Shown piece after piece: positions 11,690 to 21,140 of a stretch of 64,000 nucleotides of DNA (the stretch's first letter is position 1; each line of letters opens with the position of its first letter). This DNA comes from Perkinsus chesapeaki ATCC PRA-425 (lineage: Eukaryota; Protista; Perkinsozoa), in the NCBI GenBank assembly GCA_013115145.1, contig JAAPAO010000114.1, forward strand, positions 1 through 64,000, read 5' to 3'. The notes under the pieces are model-generated. The model saw only the letters and a program-made list of their open reading frames with translations. It did no database searches and was not told where the DNA came from. Both the position numbers and the translations under genes were made by a program.

Positions 11690-13076
11690 GTATGACAATT
11701 TTCAACACCAGCTGCTGCTGCTTTCGATGCGTTGGCGCTTCGGGAATGCGGCGATCAGTTTTGGATCAGTTGATTCACATGAGTAGCCTAGAATCTTTGG
11801 GACCCCATTCGGCCTTGCATCTCATCGTTCTCGAGTTCCTGCACCCGATAGAGGTAAACGCTTCAGGTTACCCGATTAGTTTGAACGGGAAGGATGATAA
11901 TTATCGTGTGATCTTTAGTCTAGGCAAAAAACCTCAGTTGTGGTTATACGGTAATATAATCGCGACTTGAAGCTCTTGTGAAGTTCTCCTGTAGTCTATT
12001 GGTAAACTAATGGTATGTCTGTTATACAGTTGGTCGGTCTACAGATTGTATAGCAATAAGTTGCTTCCAAATAGTGAAGAATGATGATGACTTCATTAAA
12101 TGTATAAGTTTCACAAAAGCCAAGTCGGTTTTCACTTCACTGCCACTTTCTCAAGATACTACTTGTGCGGTCACATCTTTATTATCTCTCTGCGTTTGTC
12201 AGTAACTACTTCCAAGTTCGGATGATAGGTGGTTTCTACTAGCCTCTACATTACCGCACTCCGGCCATCCGTGGGATAGTACATGGCAGTCGGTCTGTGA
12301 CATAGCAAAACTCCAATGGTCCCGTTGAGCTTTCTGACAAACAGTAGAGCTTGTAGATCCCATACAAACTTTCCTGTATGACAAAATGAGTAAATTCTTC
12401 TAGAATATGGTTCTCATTAACATTGCAATCCCGCAGACGATTGTAGTAGTGCAACAATCCTCAGGCTGTCCCTCTAGCATTCACATCTATCGCTTTGTTG
12501 GCAGCTGTCACGGAAGCCATCGAAACAGCGATCGGTAAATAGTTAGGGGGTAGTCATTGTGACAGTATCTCTGCTGTCAGATACGCCAGAGTCGCGAGGA
12601 GCGTACTCGGTTGCGCAGTTATCAATGCGCCTGAGTGAATCATTCCCGACTTGGTTTCTGCAGAAAGCGCGGAGCTTCCGTTTGGAGAGATTTCATAATT
12701 ACCTTATTGGTAGCTTATCGTTCATGGTTTATTATTATTAAGCTAGGATAATCTGAAAACCGCGCCAAACTCTTTCTTCGGACAGAAGGAGCCGCGCGAT
12801 GAGCCTTGGCTTTGTTAAAAACGTAACAATTGTGTCATCCGTGCATCGACCAGCTCGGGTTCGCTATTCACTATAAGTAGCGAACCCAAGCTCGCTACTT
12901 ACAGTAGTCACCCTCGCCTGTTGATACGCTGGCACCTTTTCGGAATCCTACCGCTGATAATTTGCGCCTAATCGCTAATCTTGAGTCACCAGGCCGTTCG
13001 GAAGTCATCGGGGTGCAATGCTGTGCCGATACACAGTATCGAGATAACACTGTCTCACTGTTATCGCGGCTAATGG

Positions 13077-14825
13077 TTGATGCTGTCAGCCACATGGAGG
13101 CTTCTCACACTGCCTGCTTTGCCTCTCGCACTTGCGCACCTTCGGCCCCGCCTTCTCCCATGTTTGCGGGTAGATACTTTCGGTGTAATCGCTGCAGGAG
13201 GCTCCCACTCGGCGGTGCTCAGTGGATGGCCAGGGAAGCTCTACACATTCGGCGGTAACAACCTCGGGCAACTTGGCTCGGCCGGGCCTTCTCCCCGACA
13301 AGTTATTGCTGTTTCTTGTGGGTGAGTACCAGTACCCTCGCCAAATGGGAGTATTCTGCTAAGATACGGTCAAACCATTGCACTGCTTAATGACGGTGCA
13401 GTTTACGCATGCGGACAGACGCCTTCAGCAGGCTCATCTTCATTTGCTGTTGAAGATCCAACCACATGGTAGGGTCGGGACTCGAACTTGAGCGTGTAGG
13501 CTCCGGAATTGTCCCTCGGGCTCTGCCCCAGTGGGACTGTCTGCATCACTGTGCACGCCCTGGGGGCTTTTATAAGATTTTGTTGTCCTAGTCAACTTCC
13601 TAGTGGACAAAAACTGCATATTGAAGGGTACCCAAGAAGATATCGGTTGAAATACGACTACTTACACTACCTCGTTCGTAACTCTGTCGAGAGCTTACTT
13701 GGAGCTCTCCAGCGATGCCTTTGACCAATTCAATCATGGTTTAACTCGCCGAGTAAGTGCGAAGGTTCACGTGGCTATAAAGTTCTTCTTGAAGGCATTT
13801 ATATAATGATACGTTTCGATACTGCCGCTGCTGCTGATTTACTGACGAAAACCATCTTGAACGCTTTCTGTGAGACCCAAGTTCGGTTAATACGAAAAAA
13901 AAGCAAAACCGATGTTGGTGGTATGCCGTATGCGTGATTGTGTCAGGTATCATCGACTAAACCAGTTTTCGAAGGTTGGTCTGAAATTTAAGGTAGCTCT
14001 GGTATCTGCCGGGCTGGACTTCACACTTCTCGCTACCACTGCTGGTAAAGTGTTTGGTCAAGGCTCCAATCCTTTCGGCGCCTTAGGCCTCGGTGAGCTA
14101 TCAGCTACCTGTTGCTCAAAGCCAGTTTCACAGGCACGATAGTGTCAACCAATCAACCCGTTACCGAGTGGACGCCAGTAGTCCTTCCGAAGAATGTCAT
14201 TGCGATCAACCTGGCAGCTGGGTGTTTCCATAGCGCCATAGTCGACCATCGCGGTTGGCTTTGGGTTGCTGGTAGCGATCTTCATGGTCGGTTGGGCATT
14301 GAACGAGATCCATCATTTGAGTACGAGAAAGTTGCATTTTACCGGAGAATCTTCGACCTTCCTGCCATTTCTGCAGTAGCTCTTGGAAGTAGCCATTCTA
14401 TGGCACTGAGCCAAGATGGCGACGTTTGGGGGTGGGGATCGAACGAGCGCGGCCAGCTGGGGCTGGGTTATGGTGGTGAGAACATACGCCCTGTCCGGTT
14501 ACCCATAAAGAATGCAGTTAGAATCAGTGCCGGTAGAACTCACTCGGCTTACGTCGACCGAGCTGGTTGCCTTTGGACTTGCGGCGACAACAGGAAAGAA
14601 CAGTGCGGGTGGGGTTTTGATGGGATGGATACGATTTGCAAATTTGCTTTAATATATTCATCCATAGTTTCGGTTGCTTGTGGATGGAGTCACACCATAG
14701 CTTTGCGTACCGATGGCGTTGTGCTAGCTTGTGGCAACCACGAGGACGATCGATTAGGTGTGGACGGCATGATTGCATTTGAATCCATGATGACTGAAAC
14801 ACGTTACACATTCAGTTCTGAGTGA
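13077..14825 (+). CDS. RCC1/BLIP-II repeat protein (multi-exon, 5' end uncertain)
   Basis: Multiple RCC1 repeats: IAAGGSHSAVL..GKLYTFGGNNLGQLG, VALGSSHSMALSQDGDVWGWGSNERGQLGLG, ISAGRTHSAYV..GCLWTCGDN, VACGWSHTIALRTDGVVLACG. Confidence 0.85.
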
Positions 14826-14935
14826 TGTCGGATGAATTGTGTTACACAGTGGGCCAGTAATCACTTGAATCAATAAAGAACAGAGCTTCATAATAAGTCA
14901 TTTACAACTGCAATCAAATCGCTAAATTCAATCAA

Positions 14936-15147
14936 ATGTGAAGGGCAACATGTTGCGCGCAATGTAAAATAGCAAACGGCGAAGGAGTCTTCATGTGGTG
15001 TGCACGCCGCAAGGTTGTTCAATCACACAAACTGCGCATACGAATCTGTACAATGCGACGGTAGTTGTGTTTGGATAGATGCGTCGCATGTCGATCACAG
15101 TTGTCAGAATTGTTGATTTGCGCCCCACAACTTCCCATTTCGCTTAA
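14936..15147 (+). repeat. Split direct repeat A1
   Basis: 212 bp, identical to 20698-20909 except at 15053 (a/g) and 15108 (a/c). Its last base is the A of the gag ATG. Confidence 0.97.
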
Positions 15148-16310
15148 TGGCAGCAGCTCCCGTCATCAACTTGTCCCCTGGCTTGAAGGAGATTCTTCGC
15201 AAATACTGCGAGGATGAGAATCTGCTTTCCCTTGCGTGTGCAGTTCTACAAGAAGAGCAAGTGGTGCAGGTGCTATCTTTCTCCACCCTTTCGGACGCGG
15301 ACGTGAGCTCGATTCGGAAGAAGATCATCGCTAAGGACGATTCGTTCAAGGGTAAAGAGATTCTGATCAATACCTGCTTGAAGTCAGCGGTGCGTGACGC
15401 TAATTTCCAAGCGGACCTTGCTCAAGCTACTGACAAGATCGTTGCGCAGAAGGACGCTTCCTCGAATCAGAGGGCTGCAGCGGTGTCGAAGATGCATGAG
15501 AGAATAGAGGCCCTCAAGAAGGCGATGGGGGTGAAAGACATGAGGGCCAATATCCTACCTCCTATTTCGGTGTGGAGAAAGCTATTGGTGGCTCTTCCTA
15601 CCTATGTGGACTTCAACACCGACTTGCGTAACACTGATTATGCTGGCTCTATATTACCGGTACACGCCGACCCAGTGGGTATCTTTCTCCAGGCTTCAGA
15701 CGACCAGCTGCCGACGGTGGTTCAACAGGTTGTTCCGAAGGACATCGCCGACAGGCGCAGCCGAGAGATGAGCGGGACCGCTTGGGCGGCCTGCTTTATA
15801 AGGTACTCCACCGCCCTTCTCCTAGCCGACATCGAGCAGGGCGAGGGAGCTAAGCTTTCGGCAAACATTGACGTGTTCACCTTATGGTCGTATATGATGA
15901 GTGTCAATGTGCTAGCGGCGAAGTATGGTTGGTCTCTCGCCTACGACGTCGACTGCGCGTTCAGAAGACTCGTTGAGGCTCGTTGCTTGGAGGGAGCCGT
16001 GCCTTTACGTGAGGCCATCTCCGACACTGCTAGTTTTGCCCAAATCACTGTGGACAAGACTCTCTACGGGCGTCATCCCTCTCATGCCCCGGCTAAGTCG
16101 GGCGCGGATGCGAAAGGAGAGTCTGCCACGCACTCGAAGAAGGATAGCAAGTCCGGTGCCAAGCGCTCCAGAGCTAACAGATCGTCTGGTAAGCTTTGTT
16201 ACGAGTTTCTGGCGACCGGCTCGTGCAAGAGGCCTAATTGTCACTTTCGTCACGAGGATGCTGCTGGTACTCCTGCCGAGAAGAGACCGAAGGCTGGCCC
16301 CAAGAAGTGA
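15147..16310 (+). CDS. gag: Retroelement ORF1, Gag-like, with C-terminal CCCH zinc finger
   Basis: 387 aa ORF directly after repeat A1. A basic tail ends in C-x8-C-x4-C-x3-H (CYEFLATGSCKRPNCHFRH). Confidence 0.85.
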   Translation: MAAAPVINLSPGLKEILRKYCEDENLLSLACAVLQEEQVVQVLSFSTLSDADVSSIRKKIIAKDDSFKGKEILINTCLKSAVRDANFQADLAQATDKIVAQKDASSNQRAAAVSKMHERIEALKKAMGVKDMRANILPPISVWRKLLVALPTYVDFNTDLRNTDYAGSILPVHADPVGIFLQASDDQLPTVVQQVVPKDIADRRSREMSGTAWAACFIRYSTALLLADIEQGEGAKLSANIDVFTLWSYMMSVNVLAAKYGWSLAYDVDCAFRRLVEARCLEGAVPLREAISDTASFAQITVDKTLYGRHPSHAPAKSGADAKGESATHSKKDSKSGAKRSRANRSSGKLCYEFLATGSCKRPNCHFRHEDAAGTPAEKRPKAGPKK

Positions 16311-16983
16311 GACCTGGGAATCGGAGTGGCCATCGTCCGACGAGGGAAGTAGTCTCTGTCATGCCCTTGTCAGCGTTTGTGTCTGTGTGGCTGTCATGAG
16401 AACAACCTTATTTACTACTGAGAGTTCGTCTTGTTGCGTTGTTACCCGGTGTAGTGGTCAGCATCGGCGCCGTGCCGTGGATCCTACCAGACCGGGTGGC
16501 TCTCCGCGTGCATCGGCGAAAGGCCTGATGACGCTTTCATAGAGAGTACAGGCATCGAGTGGAGGCCATCCGATAAGAAATGTCGGGCTGTGCCCTACTG
16601 CTGCCACGAGTTCGCCCCTGCAGCAACAAGGCTGTCACGCGATTTCTCGATTTGCGCTTCGGACTGAGGAGACAGTGCCGTTGCGTATTCGGAACGGAGA
16701 CCAGGAGAGCGGCCGATAGGCGCTCTTGGCCAATGGGCGACGAGCCCGATGTGCGAGCCCAACGGGTCGGTGGTTTCCGCAGGATAACCTTAGGGATCAG
16801 GAACATGGCTGATCTAATGCATGCGACGCCGAGTGGCGCACAGGTTCCGAGGCTGCCAGTGGCAGCCTGCCACGCGGGACCGCGTTCTACTTCTTGGCGG
16901 CGTGATGACGTCGCACGTTAGCGTACATTGACTACTAAAGTTTCTCTCGGGTTTCTCTCGGTGGATTCCTCCCATGGCCGTGA

Positions 16984-19167
16984 GAGGATTTTGTCTGCCT
17001 CAGGTTCATTCCTGACCGGCTCGATACCCGCGACGTTTGGCCTCATGTAAGTGCCCTGGTAGCCGATGCATTAGCTCGGGCTGAGGAGGAATGGCAAAAG
17101 GAGTCATCCGACCTCACTGACGGCACCGGGATTTTCGGCTCTCTGGACACGAACTTCTACGCGCCGTCTTCCCCGCTTCTGGAAAGGTTAGCGCGGACTC
17201 TGGACCTAGAGGTCGAAGAACTGTTAAGCTCAGAGACCGGCGAGGCTCTAGCTTCATGGCTCAACCTAAGCCGCCAGCAACAGTCCACGTCGTCGGCATG
17301 GTCAGACCATCTCCCAGTCTTGTCGGCCTGTGCTGATAGAATCCGAATTGAGTGGGCAAGGCTTCTTGAGGTGAATCCGCGCCCCGCTGAGTGCGGTAGT
17401 CCGGTACGGCCACTCCTAATGCAAGCCATCATCGCGGAGCTGGGAAATGCAGTTGGCGACGGTTGCAACTTCGATCTCCACTTTCTAGACTTGGTTGATA
17501 AAGGTTTACCGCTCGGTACATCCGGGGAGGTCCCGAGGAGTGGCGTGTGGCCCGCGCGGGAGTACGATGTGAGGGATCGGTTTTTCCCCATCTCGAAAGA
17601 TTTATGGAGAGAGAACTACCGTTCTACTGCGGATTACGAGACCGAAGTCCAAGCGGCTATCTCGAAGGAGATAGCTCTCGGGCGCATGTCGGTGGTGGAA
17701 CCCAACGAGATTCATAAGATCAAGGCCATCACCCGCCTCGGCTGTGTTCCCAGCTTTGACGCTGAGGGTAACGTCAAAAAAATACGAGTGGTCGATGACC
17801 TAACCGAATCGGGCTGCAATACGTTGATTCGGAGCAACGTCTCCGAAACGATATTATTGCCGAATATCTCCGCCGCGTGCCGAATTGCAGTGATGTGCAA
17901 GGTCGCGGACGTAGGGGGAGCCGATCCGCTTTATTGGGTTGAGAGTGACGTCAAGTCGGCGTTTAGGCAATTGAGGCTGTCTGACGTCGACTCGTGGTTT
18001 TGCTGCAATCGTGTAGGCGAGAGAATCGTGAGGCATTTGGCCTTGCCCTTTGGGGCGGTATCCAGTCCCCTACTTTTCTGTCGTCTCTCGGGATTGGACT
18101 CGATCATCGCGACTGTTATGCTGTGTCTGTGTAGCCTATTCCACAGGCTCGTAACGTACATTGATGATAGAGGGATCCCAGTGAAACTACGTTTCGCCCT
18201 GAAAGTCGCGTTAGTTTCAGTTCTGGTTGATCTTATCTGCGGGATTGAGCCGGCCTTCGAGAAACTGTTTGTGTCTCAGCAACCTCATTGTTTGGGGTTT
18301 GTCCTGAACCTAGTGGAGATGACTCTCACTTTATCCGCTGAAAAGCTTCAGGTGTTCACAGCGAGTCTCGGGGGAGTATCTAATCAGGGTGACTCGGTGG
18401 CTGTGAAGGACCTTGAAAAACTAGTTGGTCGCTTGGCCTGGGTTTCGGTTCCGTTCAAGAAATTACGGCCCTTCCTAATGCCATTCTATGCCTCTCTTCA
18501 TATCGGTAAATCTAAGTCACTCCGCTCGATTAAAGTGGGAAAGGCTCTAGCTTCTGCGGCCACATTTCTGAGACGGTTTTTCCAAACCGAAGCTGCTATA
18601 CCTATGCACAGTCTCCTACCGGATATGGGAGATATGCATCGGACTGTGCTAGTGAGTGACGCCTGTACTAAGAAAATTGGAGGATATGTATTACACCAGT
18701 TTGGAGAATCTGGTAATCGCATATTGTGGTACCAGGCTGATGTGACAGATCGAGAGCTTTCGGCATTACTAGATAAGCTACTCGAGAGGGAGAATGCGTC
18801 TTCGGCTATTGGCAGCCCTGAGATGTGTCTTTTGGAACTATTAGCCCTAGTGGTCGGCGCTGCTCAAGCTCCTCGGTCAAATCTGGTTGTTGCCGTGACA
18901 GACAATGAAGCGTGCTCACACGTTATCAAGTCGATGCGTAGCAGGTCGACGGCTCTCAGCAAGTTGATGCAATCGCTTATGGTTATACGTCCACACTTAG
19001 CTGGGCGTAATTTGACGGCAGTCCATGTCGCCGGTGAGAAAAATGTACTTGCAGACTGGATATCTCGTTCCACGGCGAGCGAGGTGAGACATAGAATGGC
19101 CGGCGTACAAGATTGCGAGGAAGTGGACATCCGTGCGACGCTCCATGAATTTAACGAGTCTCTTTGA
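16984..19167 (+). CDS. pol: Retroelement ORF2, reverse transcriptase + RNase H (frame open from 16984, first ATG at 17419)
   Basis: RT motifs ESDVKSAFRQL, LPFGAVSSPLLF, YIDD, CLGFVLN. RNase H motifs VLVSDAC, LLELLAL, VTDNEA, HVAGEKNVLADWISR, typical of DIRS-order RH. Confidence 0.95.
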   Translation, partial: EDFVCLRFIPDRLDTRDVWPHVSALVADALARAEEEWQKESSDLTDGTGIFGSLDTNFYAPSSPLLERLARTLDLEVEELLSSETGEALASWLNLSRQQQSTSSAWSDHLPVLSACADRIRIEWARLLEVNPRPAECGSPVRPLLMQAIIAELGNAVGDGCNFDLHFLDLVDKGLPLGTSGEVPRSGVWPAREYDVRDRFFPISKDLWRENYRSTADYETEVQAAISKEIALGRMSVVEPNEIHKIKAITRLGCVPSFDAEGNVKKIRVVDDLTESGCNTLIRSNVSETILLPNISAACRIAVMCKVADVGGADPLYWVESDVKSAFRQLRLSDVDSWFCCNRVGERIVRHLALPFGAVSSPLLFCRLSGLDSIIATVMLCLCSLFHRLVTYIDDRGIPVKLRFALKVALVSVLVDLICGIEPAFEKLFVSQQPHCLGFVLNLVEMTLTLSAEKLQVFTASLGGVSNQGDSVAVKDLEKLVGRLAWVSVPFKKLRPFLMPFYASLHIGKSKSLRSIKVGKALASAATFLRRFFQTEAAIPMHSLLPDMGDMHRTVLVSDACTKKIGGYVLHQFGESGNRILWYQADVTDRELSALLDKLLERENASSAIGSPEMCLLELLALVVGAAQAPRSNLVVAVTDNEACSHVIKSMRSRSTALSKLMQSLMVIRPHLAGRNLTAVHVAGEKNVLADWISRSTASEVRHRMAGVQDCEEVDIRATLHEFNESL

Positions 19168-19293
19168 GGAACGTGTTCCTATAACGCGACTATCAATCGA
19201 GATAAGATGTGTATTTTGTTTCAACGACTGCCATCAGGATGTTGCGCCTATTAGACTCATTAATTAAACGGCACAGTTCTTGCTTTGTTCCTC

Positions 19294-20517
19294 ATGTTCG
19301 TCCCTCTCCCAAACTGTCAAAGCGAGCTGCGCAAGAGGAAATCGGCGGCTCCTGCCCAGACTATGCCAACGGTATGTGCTAGGATCCAAAACCGGCTTGA
19401 TGGATTCTCCTCACGTGAAGAGCGGATCCTTAGTTCGACGTCGATATCGTCCAACAGGCGGAAGAAGACTCGAGGTTCGGCAAAGCGTGCGGCGGAAGCT
19501 TCGCGCTCCGTGACCGAGGCCGACGTCGAAGCTGTGGTGCAAGCTGCGAGAGCGGACGGTACAAAAAGGTCGTATAGCTGCATGATCAATCGTTATCTCG
19601 ATATCATGAAGGCAACTGATAAGGATCCATATCCTTTGACTATCGAAAAGCTCTTGCATTTTGTGGTATGCTTGATTCGAGGTAATTACACATTCGAAAG
19701 CGTGTCTCGCTACTCGAGGACAGTTAAACTTATAGCGAGACAGGAGAGAGGCGAGGTGCTAGACAAACTATCCGAAGAACGCTATAGGTTGGCTCTAAAG
19801 GGCGCGTCGAAACTATGCGTGCAGTCGGGCCTCGAGGAACAGAGTCGATCCCCCACTTTCACTCGAGAGGAGGTTGTCTCCATCTCGTCTGTTTCTTCGC
19901 CTGGGAGCGAAATAATCGTATGTGGCTTCATACTCGGCATATGTTGCCTTTTGAGGCTCGGCGAGTTGTTGGAGCTTACCGCTGACAACGTTGAGTTCGA
20001 GAACGACCTAGCGGCCGGTAGAGTTTTTGTGAAAAGGGGCAAAACCGACCAAGCTGGGGTCGGCGCTAGCATCTACTTCGGTTGTGTGTGTGACGGCGAC
20101 CGACCGAATTTGAGCTGCCCAGTTCACCGCTTACACACCTGGATGACTAATTCCGGTGTAAAGGACAGTAGCTCAATACTCTTTCCGATATCTAGAGCAG
20201 ATTTCATCGTAGGATTGGAGCAGGTGGCTGCGGTGACTCTCGGGGTACCACGTGTAGGCATGTCTTACACAGGCCACTCGCTACGGCGAAGCGCTGCACA
20301 GATCCTCTTCCATAGCGGGGTCAGCATCGAGCACATTGTTGAAATGGGACGATGGCGGTCGGCCAAGTCCTTAACTGCCGCCTATTTGAGAGGGGGCGTG
20401 TATCAGAGGAAGCGCCAAACCTCGTTCACGAAGATACTGATGCGTGACGAGGCAGTACCTTCTTTCTCGGGGAGTTCGGGAGAGTATGGGAGGAGCCTGG
20501 ATTCTCACACCAGTTGA
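19294..20517 (+). CDS. Retroelement ORF3, tyrosine recombinase
   Basis: Catalytic set: LLRLGELL (R), KRGKTDQ (K), GHSLRRSAA (HxxR), MGRWRS (W), AAYL (Y). The stop lies inside repeat B1. Confidence 0.95.
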   Translation: MFVPLPNCQSELRKRKSAAPAQTMPTVCARIQNRLDGFSSREERILSSTSISSNRRKKTRGSAKRAAEASRSVTEADVEAVVQAARADGTKRSYSCMINRYLDIMKATDKDPYPLTIEKLLHFVVCLIRGNYTFESVSRYSRTVKLIARQERGEVLDKLSEERYRLALKGASKLCVQSGLEEQSRSPTFTREEVVSISSVSSPGSEIIVCGFILGICCLLRLGELLELTADNVEFENDLAAGRVFVKRGKTDQAGVGASIYFGCVCDGDRPNLSCPVHRLHTWMTNSGVKDSSSILFPISRADFIVGLEQVAAVTLGVPRVGMSYTGHSLRRSAAQILFHSGVSIEHIVEMGRWRSAKSLTAAYLRGGVYQRKRQTSFTKILMRDEAVPSFSGSSGEYGRSLDSHTS

Positions 20518-20700
20518 CGCTAAGCAGGTAGGCTTACCGACTCTGCTCGCGGCCACTTTCTCGTAAAGAGGTGTCCGTGCCTTTCCGGCTCTTTGCAGAT
20601 GCTCTGGTGTAGAGCACCCAGCCTCGTGATTGGTGTTTGTGGTGTTAGGCACAAACACACATCACCTCTCCCAAACTCCCGAGCGGTTCGCGGTTTTATG
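20487..20700 (+). repeat. Split direct repeat B1
   Basis: 214 bp identical to 20927-21140. Confidence 0.97.
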
Positions 20701-20909
20701 TGAAGGGCAACATGTTGCGCGCAATGTAAAATAGCAAACGGCGAAGGAGTCTTCATGTGGTGTGCACGCCGCAAGGTTGTTCAATCACACAAACTGCGCA
20801 TACGAATCTGTACAGTGCGACGGTAGTTGTGTTTGGATAGATGCGTCGCATGTCGATCACAGTTGTCAGCATTGTTGATTTGCGCCCCACAACTTCCCAT
20901 TTCGCTTAA
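20698..20909 (+). repeat. Split direct repeat A2
   Basis: Copy of 14936-15147 with 2 mismatches. Overlaps B1 by the trinucleotide ATG. Confidence 0.97.
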
Positions 20910-20926
20910 CCCACCCACTTCCGCCC

Positions 20927-21140
20927 TGGGAGGAGCCTGGATTCTCACACCAGTTGACGCTAAGCAGGTAGGCTTACCGACTCTGCTCGCGGCCACTTTC
21001 TCGTAAAGAGGTGTCCGTGCCTTTCCGGCTCTTTGCAGATGCTCTGGTGTAGAGCACCCAGCCTCGTGATTGGTGTTTGTGGTGTTAGGCACAAACACAC
21101 ATCACCTCTCCCAAACTCCCGAGCGGTTCGCGGTTTTATG
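20927..21140 (+). repeat. Split direct repeat B2 (element right end)
   Basis: Identical to B1. Ends ...cggttttATG, then unrelated host sequence agctagtc. Confidence 0.97.

Larger units (their letters stand above)
14936..21140 (+). mobile_element. Full-length tyrosine-recombinase retrotransposon (DIRS order, Ngaro/PAT-like) with split direct repeats
   Basis: Order is A1 (14936-15147), gag, RT/RNaseH, YR, B1 (20487-20700), A2 (20698-20909), 17-nt spacer, B2 (20927-21140). This A...B-A-B layout with gag/RT-RH/YR is the known architecture of Ngaro, PAT and kangaroo elements. Confidence 0.95.

Noticed and set aside
14407-14424. Antisense match (14 exact bases) to the perkinsid/dinoflagellate spliced leader ACCGTAGCCATYTTGGCTCAAG
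   Set aside because: It lies inside RCC1 coding sequence (LSQDGD), on the wrong strand and not at a gene 5' end, so it is best explained by coding constraint.
14936-20909. Reading A1/A2 as classical LTRs of an integrase-type element
   Set aside because: No DDE integrase, no 4-6 bp target-site duplication and no TG...CA ends. The YR gene and the B-A-B layout explain it.
15104-21098. Short antisense and overlapping ORFs inside the retroelement, including 15925-16542 and the twin MFVPNTT ORFs
   Set aside because: Shadows of the main ORFs or of the duplicated B repeat, with no recognisable motifs.
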